Shown here piece by piece: positions 53,873 to 63,577 of a DNA stretch of 64,000 nucleotides. The DNA comes from Sedimentisphaeraceae bacterium JB056. Lineage in GTDB: Bacteria > Planctomycetota > Phycisphaerae > Sedimentisphaerales > Sedimentisphaeraceae. How positions within the stretch are numbered: the first letter of the stretch is position 1; each line of letters opens with the position of its first letter. The stretch is taken from positions 224,001 to 288,000 of the forward strand of contig JBITAJ010000027.1 in NCBI GenBank assembly GCA_044440125.1. The letters run 5' to 3'. The position numbers and the translations under genes were made by a program. A model generated the notes under the pieces. That model was not told the DNA's origin and searched no databases. It saw only the letters and a program-made list of their open reading frames with translations.

Positions 53873-55207
53873 TCAAATCAAATTATATTCAAGTTCTAAT
53901 TTTTTCTTTAATTGAAAAAATATCTCCGGTTGAATTTCAACCAGATTAGTAGTTTCAGAGCAATCATTGGTCAAATCAAATAGGTAATACTTCTCGCCAA
54001 CCTTCATTAGCTTCCAGTCCCCCTCAATAATTGCATATTGATAGCCAAGACTCTTATTGTATTTATATGAAAAATATAAACTTCGTTCTTTGGCATATCT
54101 ACAATCCTCAATTAAACGATAAATATCCTCACCATCAAAGTCCGCATCAGGAACATCTATATTGAGTTTGCGTAATATAGTTGGCGTTATATCACCCATA
54201 TAAACAGTAGTATCGGTTTTAAGACCGGCATGACTATCAGGCCATCTCATTATCATAGGAACTCTTAAACCACCTTCTCTGAGTGTCCATTTACCGCCAC
54301 TTAGGGGATAATTTGAAGCCCCATGTTGAGGGTCGCCGCCATTATCACTAATTATGAATATAGCAGTATTATCATAGATGCCCAATTTATCCAAATGAGC
54401 TATTATTTTAGCAACGGAATCATCTAAACACATAACCATTGCCGCATAAATTTCACGAGCAGTTGGATTGTTTAAGTCCTTAGCCACTTTCGCGATATAA
54501 TTTTCAGGTGCCTGAAGCACTCCACGTTGTGAATAGTGTGGTGCATTATACGCAAGGTTGAGCAAGAACGGCTGATTACTTTTCTCTGTAATATATTTTA
54601 TCGCTTTATCAGTAAATACATCCGTAGAATATCCTTCAATAGATACCGGAGTACCATTCTCGTACAGATCCTTTTTGCCTGTCGAAACACCTTCTACCTT
54701 TTGCGCATCATCGGTATATTTATAATAGTCAATTTTTCCTCCACGATGCCCAAAGAAATATTCAAAGCCCTGTGAGTTAGGTAGTGTATCCCCATCGTAT
54801 CCCAAATGCCACTTACCGATACTGGCAGTATTATAATCATATCGCAACAGATACTCCGGTAAAGTCTTGAATGAACTTGCCATACCTCCAGAACCCATCA
54901 AAGGCATATCTAAACCTATTGACTCAGGACGGCGACCCGTAAGTAAACAACCTCTTGCAGGTGTACACACAGGACTTGATGAGTAAAAACGTTCAAACTT
55001 CATACCCTCAGAGGCTAATTTGTCAATATTGGGAGTATATATGTCTTTACTGCCGTAACAGCTTAAATCATTGTAGCCCAAATCATCAAAGGTTATAAGA
55101 ATAATATTCATTGGTTTTGTTTTATCACCAACCAACTTGCAACCGCCCATGGCAGTGAGAACGGTTGCCGCTATTGCCTGCATAAAATCTCTACGATTGA
55201 TTTTCAT
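53873..55207 (-). CDS. Arylsulfatase-like Cys-type sulfatase with Tat signal (start moved to 55207)
   Basis: MKINRRDFM twin-arginine, DDLGY.DL, CTPAR, GKWHLG, SDNGG. Confidence 0.92.
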   Translation of the reverse strand: MKINRRDFMQAIAATVLTAMGGCKLVGDKTKPMNIILITFDDLGYNDLSCYGSKDIYTPNIDKLASEGMKFERFYSSSPVCTPARGCLLTGRRPESIGLDMPLMGSGGMASSFKTLPEYLLRYDYNTASIGKWHLGYDGDTLPNSQGFEYFFGHRGGKIDYYKYTDDAQKVEGVSTGKKDLYENGTPVSIEGYSTDVFTDKAIKYITEKSNQPFLLNLAYNAPHYSQRGVLQAPENYIAKVAKDLNNPTAREIYAAMVMCLDDSVAKIIAHLDKLGIYDNTAIFIISDNGGDPQHGASNYPLSGGKWTLREGGLRVPMIMRWPDSHAGLKTDTTVYMGDITPTILRKLNIDVPDADFDGEDIYRLIEDCRYAKERSLYFSYKYNKSLGYQYAIIEGDWKLMKVGEKYYLFDLTNDCSETTNLVEIQPEIFFQLKKKLELEYNLI

Positions 55208-55280
55208 TTTGATTTGTTCCTGATTTTGATGTTCTTTTTTTGAGAAGGTCAAATATTTTCTTTACGTCTTTTTAAGCTGC

Positions 55281-56258
55281 CTATCTTTGCCCAAGTAACA
55301 AAAATTCATCACAGGCTATTTTTTGCCATTTCTCATCCAGTCCGATTGAATGGTTGTCGGTGTAGTATCCGGCAATGAAGCCTCCCTGGCCTCTCCAGAG
55401 CTTGTCTATCATCTCTTTAGCTTTTATTCTTATCAGATTTTCGTCTTTAGTTTGCAGGGTCGTCTGTATATCTACCGGTGACCAGAAACTTACTCTGTTT
55501 TCATTCTGATATTCGGCTAACTTATCTATTGTGTGCAGATCTGGTTGGTCGAATTGGAATACATCAATTCCGGCCTTAATAAGACCGGGCATTATTTTTT
55601 CTATCTTGCCGCAGGAGTGCATGAATACTTTGAGGTTTTTATCGTGAGAAAGGCGGCAAAGTTTCTCGAATCGCGGAAAGAATTCCTCCTGCCATAATTC
55701 AGGGCTTAACAGTGTTTGTGATTGTGTGCCCCAGTCTTCGTGCAGCATCACAGCGTCAACTCCACAGGCTGAATAGTTTATAATCATCTGCTCAAGAGCT
55801 GTATCTATTTTGTCATGAAGTTCTACTATTTTATCTCTCTCAAGGATTATATTCATCAGATAGTTGTCGAGCCTGAATAGCTTACGGGCTATTCCAAAAG
55901 CAAATCCCGGCAGCATTCCAATGATATATTTGTCGTTGTTTTTCTGACATTTTTTTTTGACATTTGAGTAGTCAGAGATGTTAGAATAATCAGGGAGTTG
56001 GTATGAAACTGCATCCTGAGCTGTCGATAAAATTGGGTTTGTTACTTCACCTTTTGATGTGCTGTCTATCCTTGACCATGTATTGCCCCAGGCATCAAAA
56101 CGCTCCCATTTATTTTCGCTAACTAATTGCCAGTCAGTGGATTTATTGGGAACTTTGTGTGAACACATTACAATATCGGATGTGTCTGGAAATGAATTTG
56201 CTATTCTTTCAGGTTTTGAATAGCTTAGAGTTTTTTCTACTATTTCTTTTGAGTTCAT
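55281..56258 (-). CDS. Uroporphyrinogen decarboxylase / cobamide methyltransferase-like family protein (start probably 56258)
   Basis: DAWGNTW, EDWGTQ...LSP..W.E.F.P, MHSCG, QFDQP, VDIQ.TL, GGFI. Confidence 0.82.
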   Translation of the reverse strand: MNSKEIVEKTLSYSKPERIANSFPDTSDIVMCSHKVPNKSTDWQLVSENKWERFDAWGNTWSRIDSTSKGEVTNPILSTAQDAVSYQLPDYSNISDYSNVKKKCQKNNDKYIIGMLPGFAFGIARKLFRLDNYLMNIILERDKIVELHDKIDTALEQMIINYSACGVDAVMLHEDWGTQSQTLLSPELWQEEFFPRFEKLCRLSHDKNLKVFMHSCGKIEKIMPGLIKAGIDVFQFDQPDLHTIDKLAEYQNENRVSFWSPVDIQTTLQTKDENLIRIKAKEMIDKLWRGQGGFIAGYYTDNHSIGLDEKWQKIACDEFLLLGQR

Positions 56259-56314
56259 TGTAGGCTCGTATTTAATCTTGTGTCTGTAAAGATTTTGTAA
56301 CCAAAAAATATTTT

Positions 56315-57640
56315 TTAGAAATCGAATTTCCACTGCTTGTCCAGTGGTTTAAAATCTATGATTTCCTCATCTGGGTCGAGTGCTTCAGGAGAATCGATTG
56401 TCGCTTTTTTAGGGGCGGTTACTGGCCCCAAAAGCAATGGGTCTTGTGTTTTTATCATCCAGTTTTTAAGTTGGTTCGATAATTTACGCAATACGTCCGC
56501 ATATTCTTTTTTATCAGCAAGATTGTTTGCTTCAGTTGGGTCAAGATGAATATCGTATAGCTGATGTTCGGGTATTTTTGCAGTATCTGCCCCGAATTCC
56601 AGCACTGTATCTTTTGAAGGGCTTTTATCGCAGTTAGGCAATAGAGGCTTTGTTCTTTGTGAAAACCGCCTGATATAGTTATATCTTTGTGTTCGTATTG
56701 ATCTTGTAGGCTGATAGCAGGCGTGATAGGTTATTTCACCAAAGACCGCCTCGTTTTCTTCGTATTGATTATTTTGAATCAGAGGCAAAAATGATTTACC
56801 CTGAAGCCAATCAGGTTTTTCTATTTTGAGTATATCGCATAGAGTAGGGAATATGTCTATATGTGAGACCATATTGTCTATGACGTTGCCTCCGGTGAAC
56901 CCTTCTGGCCCTTTCATTATTAGGAATACACCAAGCCCATGATTATTGAGATTGCATTTCATGCCGGGGAAAGCTATGCCGTGGTCTGTTGTGCAGATTA
57001 CAATCGTATTATCCGAGAGATTATTATATTTTATACTGCTGAGGACTCTGCCTATGTATTCATCAAGTCTTCTTGCCGAACTTTTGAAGCCAGCCATATC
57101 TCTTCGTGTTTTAGGACAATCTGGTATTACCGGCGGTACTAATGTATATCTTTCGTCATCAGCGGGGTTGGGTTGCGGCCAGTTTCTGTGCGTATCCCAA
57201 AAACCTACCGACAGGAAAAATGGCTTTTGATGTTCGGATGAGATGAACTCACATGCTTTTTTAGCCGCTTCCAATTCGGAGTCTTTTGTCAGTATATTGT
57301 CATAACCGATTATCTCGTGTTTCTCGGCAATATGCTGATAACCGGAGATTGCGGTTTGGTATCCATATTTTTTGAGTGTATGGATTATGTGTTTGCTGTA
57401 GTCATTAAGTTTGAATCCTCTATGCGCTAATCCGAGCATTCCGCTATTATGCGGGCATTGACCGGTCAGCAGGGCGGCTCTGCTTGGTGAACAGGTTGGT
57501 GCGGCAGAAAACGCATTACGGAAAAAAGTGCCTTCTTCGGCAAGTTTCTGGAGATTTGGAGTCGATACATTATGTCCAAACGGTTGTATGTATCTTCCGG
57601 TATCATGTGAATGGATATAGACGATATTGTACTTTTGCAT
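56315..57640 (-). CDS. Sulfatase, N-sulfoglucosamine sulfohydrolase-like
   Basis: HSHDTGR, CSPSRAALLTG, GMLGLAHRG, DTHR, TDHG..FP..KCNL. Confidence 0.88.
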   Translation of the reverse strand: MQKYNIVYIHSHDTGRYIQPFGHNVSTPNLQKLAEEGTFFRNAFSAAPTCSPSRAALLTGQCPHNSGMLGLAHRGFKLNDYSKHIIHTLKKYGYQTAISGYQHIAEKHEIIGYDNILTKDSELEAAKKACEFISSEHQKPFFLSVGFWDTHRNWPQPNPADDERYTLVPPVIPDCPKTRRDMAGFKSSARRLDEYIGRVLSSIKYNNLSDNTIVICTTDHGIAFPGMKCNLNNHGLGVFLIMKGPEGFTGGNVIDNMVSHIDIFPTLCDILKIEKPDWLQGKSFLPLIQNNQYEENEAVFGEITYHACYQPTRSIRTQRYNYIRRFSQRTKPLLPNCDKSPSKDTVLEFGADTAKIPEHQLYDIHLDPTEANNLADKKEYADVLRKLSNQLKNWMIKTQDPLLLGPVTAPKKATIDSPEALDPDEEIIDFKPLDKQWKFDF

Positions 57641-57663
57641 CTTGTTCTCTTAGCCTGTTATAT

Positions 57664-58737
57664 TCATTGAGCAGCTATATCATTCCATCGGTCGATATAT
57701 TTGAAGCATATCAATGCAGCATTTGTACCGAGCATGTCGCTTATTGGGTATCTTTCGTGGCTTAGAAGTACAGAGCAGTGTCTGTCGAGGCATTGCTCGC
57801 CGTAGAACGCGAAACCGCCGTCTTGTTTTTTGTATTCTGTTAATAAGACTTCCGCTGTCTTATTTCCGGCTTCAACTATATCATCAAATCTGTATTCATT
57901 ATTGAGTTGGTCGCTTACTTTTGAAATTAGATCAAGTGAGTCCCAGTTCATCGTCATATCTCTTTTATGACCAAATTCTCCATTTTCATGTTGAAGCTGA
58001 AGCGTGAAATCTATAGCGTTTTGCGGATTAGGGATGCTGCGGTCTATAAATTGGTAGCCGTGAATTATCTTAAAAAGGCCGGCCATTGCTACCGGCTTAT
58101 CGTCTTGGCAGCCCCTGAGTATGGGCATTCCGGTATCTTCGTCTAATATTTCTGATTCCATTGTTTCTATCATTTTAGTTACAAATGGAATTTCGTTTAC
58201 AATATCCTTGCCGGGGTATTTGTTTACAAAAGCGATTAAAAGCCTGCTCCATACTTCGCCGCTAAGCCAGGGGTCTTGCCAGTTTAGGTTTAAAACCCAT
58301 TGCCTGGGGTCTATATTGTCAATGTCAGCGAGGAATTCCGGCAGGATTGTTTCTGTTTGAGGATTCTCGCCCATATGTTCAAACGCTTCAATTACTGCGC
58401 CGTTTCGTTGACCCCATATATGTTTCCAGTCATGTTTGCCTTCTCTTAGAGATTCATTTTCGAGCGGATCTCTGAAAAGTCGTTTTTCTTCATCATAGCA
58501 GGAGTAGAAGTAGTCTTTGATGTCCTGGATATGCTCTGCCGGTAAGTTGTCGAGTTCTCCAATCATTTTGAAAATTCTTACCGCAATTGAAGATGCCTGC
58601 AAGGACCATGGTCGTAGCATTTTTGAGTGAAACTGGAATCTGCCCCAAGGTCTTTCGGGGTGTCTCACTGATTCAAGCCAGTCGATTATATCTGTTTTTA
58701 CCAGTTGAGTATAATTTAATGTTTCTGTTGTAAACAT
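57664..58737 (-). CDS. Hypothetical protein, possibly prenyltransferase-like alpha/alpha barrel
   Basis: Long ORF heading the minus-strand operon; LQ..NGEFG and K.DGGF repeats. Confidence 0.6.
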   Translation of the reverse strand: MFTTETLNYTQLVKTDIIDWLESVRHPERPWGRFQFHSKMLRPWSLQASSIAVRIFKMIGELDNLPAEHIQDIKDYFYSCYDEEKRLFRDPLENESLREGKHDWKHIWGQRNGAVIEAFEHMGENPQTETILPEFLADIDNIDPRQWVLNLNWQDPWLSGEVWSRLLIAFVNKYPGKDIVNEIPFVTKMIETMESEILDEDTGMPILRGCQDDKPVAMAGLFKIIHGYQFIDRSIPNPQNAIDFTLQLQHENGEFGHKRDMTMNWDSLDLISKVSDQLNNEYRFDDIVEAGNKTAEVLLTEYKKQDGGFAFYGEQCLDRHCSVLLSHERYPISDMLGTNAALICFKYIDRWNDIAAQ

Positions 58738-58807
58738 GTCATTGTCCGTGAAAAACGTAGGTTATTTAGTAGGAAATTACTATTTCTTAATTGTTTTTAA
58801 TTAGTTC

Positions 58808-58855
58808 TTGACTTACGAGTAAATGAATTATAGTATAGATAGAACGGTTTATCAA
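58808..58855 (+). promoter_or_regulatory. Promoter plus LacI-type operator in the divergent region
   Basis: TTGACT-17-TAGTAT followed by TAGATAGAACGGTTTATCAA, matching operators at 62429 and 62456. Confidence 0.7.
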
Positions 58856-58903
58856 TTGTAAAATATAAAATTTAGTCATTTCTATTGAATTGAGTATTGT
58901 TTT

Positions 58904-60253
58904 ATGAATAAAAAACTACAAAAATTAATCAGTGTTTTGGTGGTGCTTCTATTCGGTGTTTCTTTGTTTTCCTCGCAAATAACACTGGATAGTCAAGGTA
59001 TTTTAAGTGTTGATGGGGTAAGGACTTTCGTTTATGGAATATCCCGTAATCCATCGGGGTTTTCTGCTGATTTTGATGAAACGACAGAGTGTGGCTTTGG
59101 GTTTACGCATGAACCTTATTTTGAAAATCAACTTTTGTCCGGGTATATTCAGGCAGAAATTGATGAATTAATATATCAATCATCCTTTTTTATTGATAAT
59201 GCGGGTAATTCAGGGTTAGGTGTTTATCAGGGCATTCCGAGTGTGTTTGTTTCTGAACTTGATTTAGCTTCAATTACATATTATATCAATTCTTTGAAAG
59301 GTAAGCCTGGGTTGTGGTTTTGGCTTTTGACTGATTTAAGCAACAGTTCTGCTTCCCAAGCTAATATTGAAGCGGCTTATAATGCGGTAAAGGCGGCTGA
59401 CGGCAATCATCCTGTGATGATAATAGGCAGTGCTGATGATTTTTACTCTAATACTGATTTAGTGGATTTTTGTGATATTATGGCGATTAAAAGGCATTCT
59501 GTTCCTTATAGCCAGATAGCATTGGGTAGAGATATTGGGCGAATAAAGGCTGATTTTGCGAATAAATGTGTGTTGGCTTTCTGTCAGGGTATTGATATGC
59601 TTAATCTGCTTTATAATCACTCTGGTAGTAGTGGTATTGAGCTTGAAAGGAGCAATGCCACTCTTACTCTAAATTCTTTGAAATCACAGGTTTATGCTTC
59701 AGCTTTTTCCGGTGCTGCAGGAGTGATATTTGATTTAGGCACAAAATTACAGAACGATATAATGGAGAAATCTCCTTTTATACTTGATGATTTTGAAGTG
59801 CTTGGCGAGGATATAAGTCGATTTTCTGATATTTGGCTAAATGGGCAAGAATTGCAGGGGGTTGAGATTGAGTATGTGCCTTATGGTTTGGAAAAGAGGG
59901 TCAAATCTTATTGGGGATTGAGCGAGTCAGAGACGCTTGAAGCCGGATTGCCTGATGTAGAGCATGTTTCATATTATTCAAGAGAGCTTGATGGACAACT
60001 TTATATAATGGCAGCGGCTGATTATATGTGCTGTTCTCGCCTTCAATGCAGTATTCCATTTGTATTTAGTTCTATAATAGAATATCCGGGAGAAAAGGTT
60101 GTCGCAAGTTTTAATAACGGGCAAGTTGTTTTAGAACAAGAAGATACAACAGTTGGTATTTGGAATGTAGAAGTTAATCAAGCTCTGGAGAGTTCTTATT
60201 TTGATATTCTGGTTAATGAGAAGGATTGTTTTGTGTGGAAGATAAATCGTTAA
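58904..60253 (+). CDS. Secreted glycoside-hydrolase-like TIM-barrel protein, paralogue of the next gene
   Basis: Signal peptide; shared blocks with 60271-62382 (DG.R.FV.G..R.P, TH..YFE, LWFW, FCDI, PYS). Confidence 0.6.
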   Translation: MNKKLQKLISVLVVLLFGVSLFSSQITLDSQGILSVDGVRTFVYGISRNPSGFSADFDETTECGFGFTHEPYFENQLLSGYIQAEIDELIYQSSFFIDNAGNSGLGVYQGIPSVFVSELDLASITYYINSLKGKPGLWFWLLTDLSNSSASQANIEAAYNAVKAADGNHPVMIIGSADDFYSNTDLVDFCDIMAIKRHSVPYSQIALGRDIGRIKADFANKCVLAFCQGIDMLNLLYNHSGSSGIELERSNATLTLNSLKSQVYASAFSGAAGVIFDLGTKLQNDIMEKSPFILDDFEVLGEDISRFSDIWLNGQELQGVEIEYVPYGLEKRVKSYWGLSESETLEAGLPDVEHVSYYSRELDGQLYIMAAADYMCCSRLQCSIPFVFSSIIEYPGEKVVASFNNGQVVLEQEDTTVGIWNVEVNQALESSYFDILVNEKDCFVWKINR

Positions 60254-60270
60254 TTTTAGATATAGGTTTT

Positions 60271-62382
60271 ATGATGTCACACTGTCTTCGTTATCTATTT
60301 TGTTTTTTGTTGTGTCCTGCTCTGTTTGCCGCAACTGTGAGTGTCGGTGATGATGGTTTTGCTGTTGTAAATGGGGAGAGACGTTTTGTTTTTGGAGGCT
60401 ATAGGGATCCTTGCGATCAGTTAATGGAGTTTTCAAATGTTTCGCTCGCGAATTTTGTGTTGACGCATGATTACTATTTTGAGAGCTTGCTTAACGAGAA
60501 CTATACAAGCAGTGATGTTGATGATTGGATTAGCAGTGCTAAAGATTATTTGATTTTGGCTGAGGAGAAGGGTTTGGCAGTCTTTTTAGGTCTGCCTCGG
60601 TGGCCGGTAAAGCTGGAGGATAGTGCTGTGATTGCAAACATAGTTAATGAGCTTAAAGGCTGTGAGGCGTTATGGTTTTGGTATATTGATGAGCCTACAT
60701 TGGTGCTTCAGTCGGTTGATGCTCTGGCGAATGCCTATGCTGTTGTTAAAAGCAATGATGATGCGCATCTGCTTGCTATTACAGATACTTATGAAAGACT
60801 TTCCGGCGAATCTTCTTATGGTAATTTCTGTGATATTATATGGGTTGACCGTTATTATCTGCCTTATAGTCCTTTTGAGATAAGTAATAATATTGCGAAA
60901 GTTCGGCAGTTGTATCCGGGCAAGCCGGTATGGGCTGTGCCGCAGGTCCATGATTTGCAGGCAGTCAACCAGCCTAAGGAACTTACTGACCCGTTTCCTG
61001 CCCGAATGACGCTTAATGATAATAATATTGACACTATAGGGAAGGCTATAAGAGCTCAGGTGCATGGTTTGCTTGCTACTGAGGGGGTAGGGGGCTTAGT
61101 TTTCTACTGGGGTCCTAAATATTGGCAGGATTTACTGAACGAGACACCTCAGGTATGGGATTCTGTTAAAAAAATAGGGCTGGAATTAAAGTCATTGGAG
61201 CAGGTTTTGTTGTCCGAAGAACCAGATGTTGATGTTAAAGTTTCTTGTAGATTTTCAGGTGCAAACCAAAGGCTAAGTGAATTATACGCGGGGCAGTTAT
61301 CAGAAGATGATTACCCTGATAATGATCAGTTTAAGTATTGGTCAAGGCAGTATAATGGAAGTATATATGTTGGTATATCAACGACTTATGTCCCTTTGCA
61401 AGTCTTGAAGCTTGAAATGCCAAAGGGTTTTGAGTTTGCGAGGATTGTTGAGTATCCAAGCCAGCAAACTGTATTTTCCGCAGGTAATGACGACGACGGC
61501 GATTTTTATGCAGACAGGTTGAGTGTTACTTGTTTAGTTGTGGAGTCGGGCAAGTCAATAACTCTTGTGCTGAATGACGTAGATTCTGTGGTGTTGAAGT
61601 TTGAGCCGGAGTTTAGCTCTGGTCAGTTTAGTTATACTGACAATTTTAGTTTGCCGGAGAGTCTTGATGTATGGGTTTATTACTATGGTGGGGCAGCGAT
61701 AAGTGAAGATTCTCTTGTTACCGGAAGCTCTTTTTGCTCGGCTGTGCCAGATATTGTAGATAATAATTTATGGTCAGATTATAGTTTAAGTTGTGAATTA
61801 AAAACATCTTACAGTTTTTCTCGGCAAGTAGCTTCTGATGAAAGATTCTTTATTGGAGTGTCGTTTAGAATGGTTGATGAACTTAATTATTATCTTGCGA
61901 GGATTAAGAAATGTAGCGGCAGTGTTTACCCATCGCTTGTTATCAGCAAAGTTGTTAATGGTTCTATTACTGACCTGAGATCAGCGGATATTGGTTCTTA
62001 CATGGATACTAACTCCTTTTATTCGTTAAAAGTGTATTGTTTTGGCAGTAATCTTACCGCCAGACTTTATTATGAAGGAGAGCTTCTTGCCGAAATTTTT
62101 GATATTGATGCGGACTATGTTTCCGGCGCTGCCGGAATCAATTCGCTGATGCCTTCAGGACAATCGTGTAGCTATGACAATTTTGAGGTAAGCGGCGTTT
62201 CTTATAATACTGATTATTTGTGTTATCATGCTAAGTCCTTGGGTTATAGTCAGTTGGGAGATATAAACGGTGATTGTTATGTAGGGCTTGCTGATTTTTC
62301 AATCTTAGCTGAGTATTGGCTTGCCTGCTATGATGGTCAGATGTCTGGGTGTTATGAGCATCTTCAGTACTTAGCGAGATAG
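60271..62382 (+). CDS. Secreted GH-like TIM barrel with beta-sandwich domain and dockerin-like C-terminus (start moved to 60271)
   Basis: Signal peptide, WYIDEP motif, GDINGDCYVGLADFSILAEYWL. Confidence 0.7.
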   Translation: MMSHCLRYLFCFLLCPALFAATVSVGDDGFAVVNGERRFVFGGYRDPCDQLMEFSNVSLANFVLTHDYYFESLLNENYTSSDVDDWISSAKDYLILAEEKGLAVFLGLPRWPVKLEDSAVIANIVNELKGCEALWFWYIDEPTLVLQSVDALANAYAVVKSNDDAHLLAITDTYERLSGESSYGNFCDIIWVDRYYLPYSPFEISNNIAKVRQLYPGKPVWAVPQVHDLQAVNQPKELTDPFPARMTLNDNNIDTIGKAIRAQVHGLLATEGVGGLVFYWGPKYWQDLLNETPQVWDSVKKIGLELKSLEQVLLSEEPDVDVKVSCRFSGANQRLSELYAGQLSEDDYPDNDQFKYWSRQYNGSIYVGISTTYVPLQVLKLEMPKGFEFARIVEYPSQQTVFSAGNDDDGDFYADRLSVTCLVVESGKSITLVLNDVDSVVLKFEPEFSSGQFSYTDNFSLPESLDVWVYYYGGAAISEDSLVTGSSFCSAVPDIVDNNLWSDYSLSCELKTSYSFSRQVASDERFFIGVSFRMVDELNYYLARIKKCSGSVYPSLVISKVVNGSITDLRSADIGSYMDTNSFYSLKVYCFGSNLTARLYYEGELLAEIFDIDADYVSGAAGINSLMPSGQSCSYDNFEVSGVSYNTDYLCYHAKSLGYSQLGDINGDCYVGLADFSILAEYWLACYDGQMSGCYEHLQYLAR

Positions 62383-62423
62383 CTTGATTTTGTGAATATT
62401 TTGAGAGTATCTTTCCTTTTTTC

Positions 62424-62475
62424 TTGACTTGATAGACCGGGTTATCTATAATACTTTGATAGACCGGAATATCAA
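62424..62475 (+). promoter_or_regulatory. Promoter with two palindromic operators (probable autoregulation)
   Basis: TTGACT-17-TATAAT; TTGATAGACCGGGTTATCTA (62429-62448) and TTGATAGACCGGAATATCAA (62456-62475). Confidence 0.85.
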
Positions 62476-62495
62476 TTATTAATCAGGAGTTTTGA

Positions 62496-63521
62496 ATGAG
62501 TCAAAAAAGAGTGACATTAAAAGATATAGCTGAGGTAACCGGCTATTCTAAAGGCAGTGTTGCAAGAGTTCTCTTAGGCAGTGGCAAGGGAAGTGTTCGT
62601 GTTGGACAGGAGGCGACAAAAAAGATCAAGGCCGTAGCTGCAAAAATGAACTATCAGCCTAATGTTGCCGCTCGCCAACTGGCCGGTAAGGGCAGTAAGC
62701 TTATAGGTGTTATTATTGACAGTGATGTTTCTTTAAGTCAGCATGAAGTGCTTTCGTGTCTTGAGAAAGAAATTTCTGCGATTGGGTATCGAATATTGGT
62801 TGGTCAAAGTCATAATGAGCCGGATAAGATGCTTCAGTATTTCAATGACTTTAAAAATCGCGGCATAGAGTGTATTGTTTCTTTTTCTCATAATTATCCC
62901 GGATACAGTGAAATATTGGGTGAAAATCTTGCCAGATTCAAGAAGACTGTCTTTTTAGGTCGCCCAATGATAAATAAGTCTGTTTACTGTGTAGAATCTG
63001 ATTTTGAACATGGGGTATATCATGCGGTTAAGCACTTGATAGAAAGAGGACGGAAAAGAATTGCTTTATTTGAACTTGGCACGGGCACTAATGCTTTTGC
63101 TTCCCGTTTCTACGGTTATAAACGGGCTTTAGAAGAACTTGGCGGAGGTTTTGAGCCAGAGCTGGTTTATACATTTCCTTCACATGAAGATTTGAGTGAT
63201 GAGAATATCGCCGCGGCAGTGGATACGCTTTATAAAGAGCAAGAGATAGATGCTATTGTAGCCTGGGATACGGCAGCGGCTGCCGCATTATCGCATATGT
63301 GGGATGCAGGGATAAAATGTCCTGAGGATGTCGCGGTTGTAGGTTTTGATAATTATTTCTGGACTAAATACTTGAAACCTTCTTTGACTTCCATTGATAC
63401 TAAGCCCAAAGAGCTTGCAAAGAAGATGGCGGAGCTTGTCAAGCTGATTTTGAATTCTGACAGTTATACATCTGTAGAGTGTTTAGTTGAACCGGAACTT
63501 GTAGTACGTAAATCAACGTGA
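62496..63521 (+). CDS. LacI-family transcriptional regulator
   Basis: VTLKDIAEVTGYS..SVARVL, NYQPNVAARQL, PEDVAVVGFDN, LVVRKST. Confidence 0.95.
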   Translation: MSQKRVTLKDIAEVTGYSKGSVARVLLGSGKGSVRVGQEATKKIKAVAAKMNYQPNVAARQLAGKGSKLIGVIIDSDVSLSQHEVLSCLEKEISAIGYRILVGQSHNEPDKMLQYFNDFKNRGIECIVSFSHNYPGYSEILGENLARFKKTVFLGRPMINKSVYCVESDFEHGVYHAVKHLIERGRKRIALFELGTGTNAFASRFYGYKRALEELGGGFEPELVYTFPSHEDLSDENIAAAVDTLYKEQEIDAIVAWDTAAAAALSHMWDAGIKCPEDVAVVGFDNYFWTKYLKPSLTSIDTKPKELAKKMAELVKLILNSDSYTSVECLVEPELVVRKST

Positions 63522-63577
63522 TTATATTATGTTGTAATTGTGTTAATTGATTAATTAATTTTAAAGGAGATTTTATT

